Virus record (IMG/VR): IMGVR_UViG_3300031992_000031
Span: 1-64,000 of that record
DNA: 64,000 nucleotides
Source of the DNA: a virus
Lineage: Duplodnaviria > Caudoviricetes
Strand: one strand, 5' to 3'
Shown here: in pieces, positions 54,428 through 64,000 of the stretch
Position numbering within the stretch: position 1 is the stretch's first letter
Layout of the letters: each line of letters begins with the position of its first letter
Notes under the pieces: model-generated
What the model was told of the DNA's origin: nothing
Databases searched by the model: none
What the model saw: only the letters and a program-made list of their open reading frames with translations
Position numbers and translations under genes: made by a program

Positions 54428-55651
54428 ATGTTGAATGCTAATTCTGAGCGCGAACTCGCCTATGTTGTATTGATTGACGGTATTGAGCCTATTCCTGGCT
54501 ATGATCGTGTAGAGCACGCAATTGTTGGTGGTTGGCGTGTAATCGTTCAAAAAGGCCAGTTTAAGGTAGGCGACCCCGCTATTTACTTTGAAATTGATTC
54601 TCGTGTACCTTCTAAGGAGTGCTTTGCTTTTCTTGAAAAGCGGCATTATAAAGTTAAGACTTTGAAGATGTGTAAGACTTTGTCGCAGGGCTTGCTAATG
54701 CACGCTTCTGACTTTGGTTGGACTATTGGTAATGTTGAACCTGAAACTCCATATATTATGGATGATGAACGCATACCTCATTATGTAAATGATGAATCTC
54801 GCTTCCTCACCAAGAAACTTGGCGTAACCTATGTCGATGATGAAGATAATTCTCGTAAGGCTCCTTCAGTAGATAAATACAAGAAGATGGAGATGCGACA
54901 TCGCAAGCTGTTTAAGAATCCTGTAATTCATTGGTTTATGCGTTATAAGTTTGGTCGCAAAGTAATGTTTTTCTTCTTTGGTAAGAAGAAAGATAAGAAA
55001 AATGGTTGGCCTTCTTGGGTCCAAAAGACAGACGAAGAAAGAGTACAGAATATGCCTTGGATTCTTAATAGCACCGATAAGTGGATTGCTACTGAGAAAA
55101 TTGACGGCACTTCTACTACTTTCACCATGAAGCGTGGCAAATTCGGACGTAAGTCTTTCTATGTCTGCTCTCGTAATGTATGCTTCGGTGAAGAAGATAA
55201 ACCTTGCTACTACGATACGAATGTATATTGGGAAATGGCTAAGAAATACGATATTTACAACGTGCTTTCTGCTATGCTTGATGCTCATCCTCATGATGAA
55301 TGGATTACTCTTCAGGGTGAAACCTATGGTGCAGGTGTACAGCGGCGTGAATATTCTCTTGATGGTCATGATTTTGCGGCTTTTAACTTGATTTTCTCTT
55401 CTCGTGGACGTGTTGGAACTGTAGAAATGATTACTATTTTGAGTGAATATAATGTACCATGCGTACCTGTAGTAAAAGCAAATATGACCTTTACAGATAG
55501 ATTTGCAACTGTAGAAGATATGCTTCTCTGGGCTGAAGGCAATTCTCAAGTAGATGGACTTCCGCGTGAAGGAATTGTATTCCGTACTCTCGACGGACAG
55601 AAATCTTTCAAAGCAGTAAGTAATAGTTTCCTACTTAAATATCATGGGTGA
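54428..55651 (+). CDS. RNA ligase (Rnl2/DRB0094-like)
   Basis: N-terminal OB-like module; KTDEER, TEKIDG, QGE, EGIV, FKAVS motifs. Confidence 0.85.
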   Translation: MLNANSERELAYVVLIDGIEPIPGYDRVEHAIVGGWRVIVQKGQFKVGDPAIYFEIDSRVPSKECFAFLEKRHYKVKTLKMCKTLSQGLLMHASDFGWTIGNVEPETPYIMDDERIPHYVNDESRFLTKKLGVTYVDDEDNSRKAPSVDKYKKMEMRHRKLFKNPVIHWFMRYKFGRKVMFFFFGKKKDKKNGWPSWVQKTDEERVQNMPWILNSTDKWIATEKIDGTSTTFTMKRGKFGRKSFYVCSRNVCFGEEDKPCYYDTNVYWEMAKKYDIYNVLSAMLDAHPHDEWITLQGETYGAGVQRREYSLDGHDFAAFNLIFSSRGRVGTVEMITILSEYNVPCVPVVKANMTFTDRFATVEDMLLWAEGNSQVDGLPREGIVFRTLDGQKSFKAVSNSFLLKYHG

Positions 55652-55914
55652 GAATATGACAAGAATACCTAAACAAGAAGTTCTTAATGGCTTACGCATC
55701 GAACGCGAATGCGTAAGCCGCGATTGTGATAGAGATTGTGCCAATTGTGATATTGTACAAGAACGCGATTGGCTTCTATTAGTATATGACAATGCTATTA
55801 GAATGTTGGAGGAATTATGTTTGGACTAACTCTTAATGAGTTTAAAATCGTTGCAAGTATTATTTTGATTATTATCTATACCACTGCGGTGATTATTAAA
55901 TGGAGGAATAAATA

Positions 55915-56247
55915 ATGAAAAAGAATTGGAAACTTATTATACTAATTGTTATGTTACTTACTACGGTAATTCTTCTATCGAGCTGTACAGAACATAAAAC
56001 CGGTAATCGTATTACTGGCGGAAAAGATGTTCAAACATTTACTTATGCCTATGTTGTACTCGATGGACAAGAAATTGTCAAAGGTGCCATTACGCAATGG
56101 CGCGATTATGATGATAGCGATGTCGTACAGGTGCTTATAAATGGTAAGTATTATTTGACGCACTATTCAAATGTTGTAATGATTGCTGACCCAGAACAAG
56201 GTGCACTTAATTATGGTGACGTAAGTTGGCAAGGAGTGAAAGAATAA
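55915..56247 (+). CDS. Lipoprotein
   Basis: Signal peptide with LLSSC lipobox. Confidence 0.7.
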   Translation: MKKNWKLIILIVMLLTTVILLSSCTEHKTGNRITGGKDVQTFTYAYVVLDGQEIVKGAITQWRDYDDSDVVQVLINGKYYLTHYSNVVMIADPEQGALNYGDVSWQGVKE

Positions 56248-56660
56248 TGAGACTCTGGCATACATCCCTAATTTCTGCTTTACCGCGCGAGCAACTTGTG
56301 GCGCAATGGAGAGAATTAAGTGCCATAGCAGGGAAAATTCAGCTTAATGGAACTCCTAATCACGTACTAGTTAATTTTGTTACTGATTATGACTTTGACC
56401 ACTTTATTTCCTATGCCTATTATATCAGACAGGAAATGACCGCGCGAAAATATCGAACAATGAATAGCGTTTGGGAAAAAATTGTTTCGCTTAAACCAGA
56501 TTGGACTCTTTTACCGCTAGAAGAAGTATATAAAAATAAAATGAATGACTTCTATCTAACAGTATGTTATTACAATCTATATGAAAAATATGATTGCGGT
56601 ATGTTTGACAACTTTGATGAAATTGAATCTATATATAGAAAGGTGATTTATAATGAGTAA
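56247..56660 (+). CDS. Pyrimidine dimer DNA glycosylase (endonuclease V-like)
   Basis: MRLWH..LI..LPR.QL.AQWRE...NH.LVN...EM..R.Y. Confidence 0.75.
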   Translation: MRLWHTSLISALPREQLVAQWRELSAIAGKIQLNGTPNHVLVNFVTDYDFDHFISYAYYIRQEMTARKYRTMNSVWEKIVSLKPDWTLLPLEEVYKNKMNDFYLTVCYYNLYEKYDCGMFDNFDEIESIYRKVIYNE

Positions 56661-57013
56661 TGAGGCACGGCGGTTGCGGTATCTATACCGTATCAATCTA
56701 ATGGAACAGCGGGATGCTGAGGGCAATAAGCATTTGATTGCTAAGCTAAAACGCAGACTGCGTAAACTTGAGGCCGAATGAACGGCCTTTTTTATTTGAC
56801 TTTTTTATTAAATTATATTATAATTTTTATGAGGTGAGAAAAAGATGAAGTATGAATATGATCCTAATGATGCTTTATGGGATGAAGCTTATGAATGGTC
56901 CTATCAACGCGCAAGAGAAGAAGGCGATGTAGATTTAGACTATGATGAGGATTTGATCGCCGCTTGGGCCGATGAATATTATGACTATTTAATACATAGA
57001 AAGGATGATTATA

Positions 57014-57877
57014 ATGCATGATATTTTTTATTTTACAGATGTACATGGGATGTATGATTTATATAAAGCGGCAATTGATTATTGCTTAGAACAAGACCCA
57101 GAATGTATGATTCTATACGGCGGTGATGCGTGCGACCGCGGGCCTGATGGATATAAAATTATGAAAGAACTACTGACACATCCGCAAGTAAATTATTTAA
57201 AGGGAAATCATGAAGATATGTTCGTTTGTGCTGCGCAAGCTATTCAAAAAGATTATAAAGGCTCATTTGATGAACAGCATATTTCTGATTATTTATATTA
57301 TAGCCAACTATCAGAGAGTGGAGAATATAGCATTAAAAATCATTTATACAATGGCGGATATCAACTATTACATGATTGGATGCTGGATGGTATGCCACAA
57401 GATTTTGTAGAGAAAATTAATAATTTACCTATTACATTTTCATATGGAAATATGGACTTTTGTCACGCAGGAGGAAGATATAAAGAATTTTTATCCGCCC
57501 AGAGCGCAGAGTATGAAAATGTTAGGGTGAGTGAAGATGACCAACTTATGCTCTTATGGGATAGAAATTATTTAAGTCAGGGTTGGCGCCAAAATCGTAT
57601 TTGTATATTTGGACATACGCCTGTAACTTATTTAGCCGCGAAATATTATGGAAAAGATAAGAGTTTAGCGGCTATGAAACCTTGTTCTTATATTGGACAA
57701 TTAGATGATAAATGGACTGGTAAAAAAATTGATATGGATACCGGCGCATTTGTAAGTGGAAAATTATATGTACTTAATTGTTTAACTTTAAAAGCGCAAG
57801 GAATTATTGATAAAGATATTAATAACGAGAAAGTGAATAAGCATACAATTGAAAAAATTGAAGTGATTCAACTCTAA
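57014..57877 (+). CDS. Ser/Thr phosphatase-family metallophosphoesterase
   Basis: DVHG, GDACDRGP, GNHE, HAG, FGHTP, DTGA. Confidence 0.85.
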   Translation: MHDIFYFTDVHGMYDLYKAAIDYCLEQDPECMILYGGDACDRGPDGYKIMKELLTHPQVNYLKGNHEDMFVCAAQAIQKDYKGSFDEQHISDYLYYSQLSESGEYSIKNHLYNGGYQLLHDWMLDGMPQDFVEKINNLPITFSYGNMDFCHAGGRYKEFLSAQSAEYENVRVSEDDQLMLLWDRNYLSQGWRQNRICIFGHTPVTYLAAKYYGKDKSLAAMKPCSYIGQLDDKWTGKKIDMDTGAFVSGKLYVLNCLTLKAQGIIDKDINNEKVNKHTIEKIEVIQL

Positions 57878-57948
57878 TAAAAATACATATCTTTAAGGAG
57901 AAAGCCACTCTTATTTGAGTGGTTTATTTATTATATGGAGGTGAAATC

Positions 57949-60846
57949 ATGGCGATTAATAAAGACTTGTATAAAGGCACATTTAAAAAATATAAAAATT
58001 TAATGTTTTATGATGGTCATGAAGTAGATTATTTTTACTTTTTATCTCTATTAACTTATACAGATAATGATCCAGATTATAATTCACTAGCTAACGAAAT
58101 TGTTATGCAGGGCGCCGCAGCATTAGCTAAGCCGCCATTATTCAGAGAAACTAATAGTAGCGAGATGCCAGCTTTAATGCAATTGCAAAAAGCTTTAGAA
58201 TTTTTATAGAAAGCGGTATAGTATGAGCGTACAAACGAAATTCAATATTTTAAATAGAAATTTGCCATCTTAAAAGATAGTTTTTCTGCTGAAGAAATGA
58301 AAGAAATTAAAGAAATTACACAGTTAGAAAAATTATTCGCAGACGGCGGAAAAGGCAAATTCGATTATAATTATATGATAGTATTAATTAATATATTAGA
58401 ATAGGGTTTAAAGTAGACAAAAACAGTAGCACAATATGAAGAGAATCGCATTACAACTATTGCATAGTAGATGGCAAAAATTAAACAATCACGTAGAAAA
58501 TAGCTAGATGGATTATGGAAAAAACAAAATGGCTTAGGAAAAAATGATACTATTAATTAGAATGATCCTAAATATATCGAATATATTAAAAAAGCCAATA
58601 AAAAATTTCATCGAAATATTGAAGTTTCATATGTAACACACGGTAATTTATCTTCTCCTCTTGATGATAAAAAACGTAAACGTATTTGGGGTGCAAAAAA
58701 ATATTTAGCAGATATTCCAAAAACAGTAGATGTTAAAGTAGGAGAGTGGATTACATCGCATATTCAAGAAATTTTTGAATCAGAAATATATATGAAACAA
58801 TTTGAAGAATTAGCTTCAGAATATTTATCCACTGGAAAAGCAAACACTTCTACTGTTCGAGAAATGCTAGTAAAATCAATAATCAATGACGGTGTAAAAC
58901 ATACGGTTGAAATTCTTGAAGGGGCTTATAAAGAGTTACCAACAGATGAATTTATTAAAACATTAGAAGAACAAATTCAAGAAACACGCGAATATAAAAT
59001 TTCTGGCTATTATTCTAATTTTGGACAATATGGTCGTCATTTAGATTTTTTTGACTCTAAAACATTAAAAAATGGACAAGAAGTCGCGGATGGTCTATAT
59101 GATGCATATAGTAATTTAATTAAAGAATTAACTAAGACAAACCATAAACGAACTAAAGAAGAAACACAGCTCATGGCCGCTGTCAAATAGCGTGGACATT
59201 TACAAACATACACTCGTATGATTTCTTTAATTAATAAATTAGAGTCCGCAGAAAGAAAATGGGATAAGTGGCAACAAGATATTGCCTCAGGTCGCAGAAA
59301 GCAAGATAAAATGACACAAATTAATTTAGGATCAGACGGATATGGTGGAGACGTAATTGTACAAGTAAAAATTACTGCTAAGGGTGTAGAATTTCTAGGA
59401 GAATATGAATCACAAGATAGCGGGCAAGTATTAAACAGTGCATTGAATAGAACCTCTTTAATGAGAAAGGTTGGCAACGGTAGAACAAAGGCTACTACAA
59501 TTAAAGGAGCTGTTACAGGATTAAAAACAAAAATGAGTCATAGTTTAAGAAATGATTTATCAACTTCTATCGCATTTATCATGGCAAATCCTAAAAATAA
59601 TAGAACATATGAGCAAGTTACAACTGCATTTGAAAAAGCCTTAACAGGATTAAAACTATCCGTAGGCGGCCCAAAATTATCAGAAATCGCTCCGGGTATA
59701 TTATAGGCAACAATACAAGGTACATTAGACGTACATCATCCAGGCTCAATAAATAGACGTAATGATATGATTACGATTACACTTCAATATAATAATATTC
59801 ATTTAGAATCAACATTAACAGAGATTATGAATCTACGCGCAGAAGAATTGGTAGATAGATTAGATCCAGAAATAGCAAATATATAGAAAAACTATATTAC
59901 AGATTTTGAACACAAGTTTTATCAAAAAATGAGTAAACTTAAAAGTACTGATGCAAACTATAATAGTTTAGCAGAAAATGAAAAAATCTGGTTTGAATAC
60001 TATCAAGAATAGTAGAAACGTTTAAAAGATATTTAGGAATTAGGAACCGAACTTGATAGTGAATGGGGTCAATATGTAGAAAATGCTAGAAAAGAAGGGC
60101 GATCTGAAGAAGAAATTAATGCACAGAGAATAACCATTTTAGAATCATTAAAAGATAGTTTCTTCATCTCTGATACTATGAAAACATACAATTAGTATCA
60201 AAATAATTTAGGCTTTGGTGGCGCAAGTTTAGGAGCAAGCGTAGAAGCGCAACTTGCTAATTTAAATACATTATTTACAAAAGCCGGATGTCCCATTTAG
60301 GACTCGGATTTATTATGGTTACGCAGTGCTATAATCAATTGTTCTCCTGTTAGCATCGTTGGTGAAAAAAATAAAAACATAATAGAAAATTATTTAAGTT
60401 CTATGGCGGCATTAGCAATGTTTGATGAAGGCAGTGCTGAGGCTCAAATTATTGATGATTTAAACAAAAAAGTAGAGGAGCGAGTAAAGACTAGCCCAAA
60501 TATTTTACATTTATACCGAGTAAATGGTATTTTTGTGCCAGGATCCGTTGTATTGTCGCGTACGATAGAAGAATTATCTAAATGTTTAGATGCTGGTACG
60601 CGCTCTTTAGATATGACGTTATCCAAACGTGGTGCTGGCGTTACAATTATTAATACGATGAATGAAGGATTAATTCCTAACAGGTCTACTACCAGTAAAC
60701 GTTATCCCGTGGAGGATACGGATCCATGGGGAACAGTAGCCAGTGCTACTGATTCACATGTAAAATTAAAAATAATGTTTTTAGCTGGTTTATTAGATAT
60801 AGTAAATGATATGAATAAAATTATGGGTAATATACAAGCACCGTAA
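57949..60846 (+). CDS. Large (965 aa) hypothetical protein, probably virion-associated; TAG=Gln
   Basis: ORFs 57919, 58792, 59218 and 60403 in one frame broken only by TAG. Confidence 0.75.
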
Positions 60847-60880
60847 TTTATTATATTTCTTCCAAAAGGAGGTGATACCA

Positions 60881-61318
60881 ATGTCAAAATTTACTGACTT
60901 CTTCATGGGTTTCAAACGTCGCTATGATGCATAGGTCATTCGCAACAAAAATATGGACGATTTTCTAGCAACCGCAAAAGATAACTTCGATAAAATTGGA
61001 AAGATGAATACCGCAATAGACAATATCGAAACAAAAGTAGGAACACTCGAATCCAAAGTTGATAACCTACAAACTAATATGACCGCTATGAGCGAACATT
61101 TGGAAGTTATCGGAAGAGGGACTAAAATTGAACTCCTAGAAACGCTACATCGGAGGAAAAAATTATTGACTGAACGAGGATGGAAGACTAAGGAAGAAAT
61201 GAAAGAAGTCGAAGAACTCTACGAATTATACAATAAAAAACTACAGGGTAATGGTTAGGGCACTGACTATTATAATGAAATATGCGCTCTACCTGAAAGA
61301 GAAATTCCAAATAATTGA
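60881..61318 (+). CDS. Coiled-coil phage protein; TAG=Gln
   Basis: GGAGG RBS; LY..Y..KL.GNG(Q)G motif. Confidence 0.6.
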
Positions 61319-61368
61319 CATTTTGCTTAAATTATTGTATAATATATTTAAGTAAAGGAGGATATTGT

Positions 61369-61887
61369 ATGATACAAGAGAAGAGAAGCAAAGCGCAAAT
61401 TGCCCAACTTGAAATATATACAGATGGCTCATGTAAAAAGTTAGGAGCCAACGCAACATTTGGCGGCTGGAGCTTCATCGCTCTTCGTGGAGGAGAACGC
61501 ATTTATGAGGTTGCCGGAAGCGAATATGGGACCACAAACCAGCGTATGGAATTATTGGCGATACGCAATGCCTTAGAGTTCGCGCAAAAGAATCGGCATC
61601 CAAATGAAAATGTTATTATTTATAGCGATTCAGCTTATGCTATTAATTGCTATACACAAGAATGGTATACTAATTGGCAACGTAATGGTTGGACCAATTC
61701 TAAGGGTGAAGATGTAGCGAATCAAGATCTTTGGATTGAAATAATTCCATATTTTGACAACTTTTGGTATCATTTTTCTAAGGTTAAAGGCCACGGTTCT
61801 AATTATTGGAATAATGAATGCGACCGATTGGCTCAAATAGAATCTCAACAACTAAAAGATAATTTTAAAGGAGAAAACAATGGATAA
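61369..61887 (+). CDS. rnhA: Ribonuclease HI
   Basis: IYTDGSC...TTNQRMEL...SDSAY...NQDLW...KVKGH...N..CD.LA. Confidence 0.9.
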   Translation: MIQEKRSKAQIAQLEIYTDGSCKKLGANATFGGWSFIALRGGERIYEVAGSEYGTTNQRMELLAIRNALEFAQKNRHPNENVIIYSDSAYAINCYTQEWYTNWQRNGWTNSKGEDVANQDLWIEIIPYFDNFWYHFSKVKGHGSNYWNNECDRLAQIESQQLKDNFKGENNG

Positions 61888-62206
61888 TAGTATTTATGAA
61901 GTTGAACGTGATGATTATGCTGGTTTTATTGGTCAGCTTAATAAAGAAATGATGGACGTAGAACAGTATTATGAAGAAAATACTACTATTGTTAAAATTA
62001 AAAGTAAAAATACTGGCGTCCATTTATGTACTCGAATTATTCCAGAAGATGGAAATGAACATTATTACATTTTTAGTATGCCCGCTGATGATGAGCGAGT
62101 CGCGCCAAAACCAATACTAAAAGTAACACTTAATGATAGAGAAGAAGTTCAAGCTTTCTTCAATGCTTTAAGTCAAATACAATCGGAGGCACATAAAAAT
62201 GACTGA
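61880..62206 (+). CDS. Hypothetical protein
   Basis: AGGAG RBS; coupled. Confidence 0.7.
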   Translation: MDNSIYEVERDDYAGFIGQLNKEMMDVEQYYEENTTIVKIKSKNTGVHLCTRIIPEDGNEHYYIFSMPADDERVAPKPILKVTLNDREEVQAFFNALSQIQSEAHKND

Positions 62207-62408
62207 ATTATTTACTAATATTCCTGGCGATACAAAAAATCTTGCTACCACTATTTGGGATCTAGCTTACGCTCAGAAAAACCCAGTAGCTGCAGCAAAT
62301 TTTTTACACAATGCCACAGAATATTATAGAAATATATTATCTGATGAAGAGATAGAATTTCTCCAGTTCTATTTCAATTTACAGATGGAGATGATGAATG
62401 ATGAATAA
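62199..62408 (+). CDS. Hypothetical protein
   Basis: GGAGG RBS; coupled. Confidence 0.65.
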   Translation: MTELFTNIPGDTKNLATTIWDLAYAQKNPVAAANFLHNATEYYRNILSDEEIEFLQFYFNLQMEMMNDE

Positions 62409-62961
62409 TACAATAATTATTAGCGGCAAAGCAGGTAGTGGAAAAGATACAGTAGCTCAATTTATGAAAGAAGAATTAGAAAAGCGTGGCAAGCGCGTAC
62501 TAGTAATCCATTATGGAGACGCGGTTAAATGGGTTCTTCGAGAATTCTTTAATTGGGATGGACAAAAAGATGCGGTAGGTCGCACGCTATTACAGCGTAT
62601 TGGAACAGATGTAGTTCGCGCGCAATTTCCTAATTTTTGGACAGGAATAGTTGTCGGATTACTTAAAGCCTTTGAGCCATATAGTGACTTTGATATCGCA
62701 TTAGTACCAGATGCTCGCTTTCCTAACGAAGTAGATATAGCATTAGACACATTACAAAATTGCGTAGCGGTACGAATTGATCGTAGAAATGCTGACGGAA
62801 GTGAGTGGATTAACCCTAAATTAACTGATGAACAGCGGCAGCATCCTAGTGAAACTTCATTAGATTGCTATGCTTTTGATTATGTAATTCATAATGATGA
62901 AGGTCTTAATACACTTGAAGAAAGTGCTCAATCTATACTAAAAGATCTAAAATTGATTTAA
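62401..62961 (+). CDS. Deoxynucleoside monophosphate kinase
   Basis: SGKAGSGKDT...R.LLQ.IGTD...DARFPNE...HPSE. Confidence 0.85.
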   Translation: MNNTIIISGKAGSGKDTVAQFMKEELEKRGKRVLVIHYGDAVKWVLREFFNWDGQKDAVGRTLLQRIGTDVVRAQFPNFWTGIVVGLLKAFEPYSDFDIALVPDARFPNEVDIALDTLQNCVAVRIDRRNADGSEWINPKLTDEQRQHPSETSLDCYAFDYVIHNDEGLNTLEESAQSILKDLKLI

Positions 62962-62970
62962 GGAGAAAAT

Positions 62971-64000
62971 ATGATTAATTATTTTACTAGTGAACCAATG
63001 AAGTATTTTGCTCCACCTTCTACTATGAGTGCGGAGGTAAGACGTGCCAAATTAGAACAAATGGTAGATAGTGGTAATTATCTTTTTGGATTAAAAACAG
63101 ACGGGAATTGGTCTCGTGCTGTAATTACACCTGAGCGTCAAGCATTACAGACTCGTGGTATTTCCACTGTTACTAAAACTTATGGAGAAATACAGGATAA
63201 AGTATTTTTCTGGGATGAAGTTTGTAGCGCTTTTAAAGACACCACAGTTATTCTTGGAGAAGTATATTTACCGGGCGCGATTGATAAAGACGTAGGTTCT
63301 ATCTTACGTTGCTTAACTCCCAAAGCAATAGCACGACAGAAAAATAATCCATTAAAATGGCGTATATTTGATGTCCTTGCTTTGGATGGAGAAGATTATA
63401 TGAACGTTAGCTTTGAAGAACGCATTCAATTGATACCAACGGTAGTAAAACGTATTAATTCTTCCCTCGTAGAAGGCGTAACATATTATGAAATGGATGA
63501 TACATTTTTTGATAAAATGGGCGAGATTTTCGCAACGGGTGGAGAAGGCGCAGTATGCTATCGAAAAGATTCGATATATATTCCCGGGAAGCGCGGTCCG
63601 CACGCATGGGATACCTGTAAAGTAAAACAGGAAATTGCCTCAGAAATTGATGCCTTTATTATGAGTACAGTCCCTGGCGAAAAACTATATAATGGTAAAG
63701 ATTTACCTACATGGCAATTATGGGAAAATCACCGCACCGGAGAAAAGGTTGTTGGTACATATTTTGGAGAGTATCAACTTGGCGGTTCATATATCCCTGT
63801 ATCAAAAAATTACTTTAATAATTGGCCCGCCGCGATTCAGGTCGGCGTTTATGATAGAAATGGAAATGAAGTACCATTGTGTAAAGTATCAGGATTAACA
63901 GAAGAATTTAAGACTTCTTTACGCGATGATCCTAATAGATGGATTGGTTGTCCTGTTACTATTGGTGGCATGATGGTTTCATCAGCTAAGGCAGATTCAG
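62971..64000 (+). CDS. ATP-dependent DNA ligase (runs off window end)
   Basis: KTDG, GEVY, IFDVL, EGAV...Y.PGKR...KVK motifs. Confidence 0.8.
   Translation, partial: MINYFTSEPMKYFAPPSTMSAEVRRAKLEQMVDSGNYLFGLKTDGNWSRAVITPERQALQTRGISTVTKTYGEIQDKVFFWDEVCSAFKDTTVILGEVYLPGAIDKDVGSILRCLTPKAIARQKNNPLKWRIFDVLALDGEDYMNVSFEERIQLIPTVVKRINSSLVEGVTYYEMDDTFFDKMGEIFATGGEGAVCYRKDSIYIPGKRGPHAWDTCKVKQEIASEIDAFIMSTVPGEKLYNGKDLPTWQLWENHRTGEKVVGTYFGEYQLGGSYIPVSKNYFNNWPAAIQVGVYDRNGNEVPLCKVSGLTEEFKTSLRDDPNRWIGCPVTIGGMMVSSAKADS

Overview
This window is part of a large AT-rich phage genome, probably infecting an anaerobic Firmicute (Clostridia-like RBS, sigma-A promoters and surface-protein style). All supported genes are on the + strand. 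The phage reassigns TAG to Gln (code 15-like): many broken ORFs in the supplied track join into long genes, repeat copies alternate TAG with CAA/CAG, and a CUA-anticodon tRNA lies at 23445-23532. Layout: small early genes (0.1-1.6 kb); tail fibre/baseplate/adhesin and lysis genes, most carrying in-frame TAG (1.7-23 kb); suppressor tRNA followed by a RiPP-like modification operon of YcaO, a 442-aa Cys/His-repeat protein and two radical SAM enzymes (23.4-29.7 kb); a long tRNA/tmRNA/ncRNA region with glycosyltransferases, homing endonucleases and a vWA/Cna-B surface protein (29.7-47.6 kb); RNA-repair and nucleic-acid genes including a kinase, phosphoesterase, DUF2828/Ro-like protein, nucleotidyltransferase, RNA ligase, DenV-like glycosylase, RNase H, dNMP kinase and DNA ligase (47.6-64 kb). 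The most unusual items are the YcaO/radical SAM/Cys-repeat operon, two tRNA genes (Asn, Gln) whose anticodon loops are interrupted by tRNA-like inserts, five CAGCAA stem elements (one holding a circularly permuted tRNA domain, Y RNA-like), and a stand-alone copy of the 23S rRNA L11-binding domain. All calls are from reading the sequence by eye; no searches were run.
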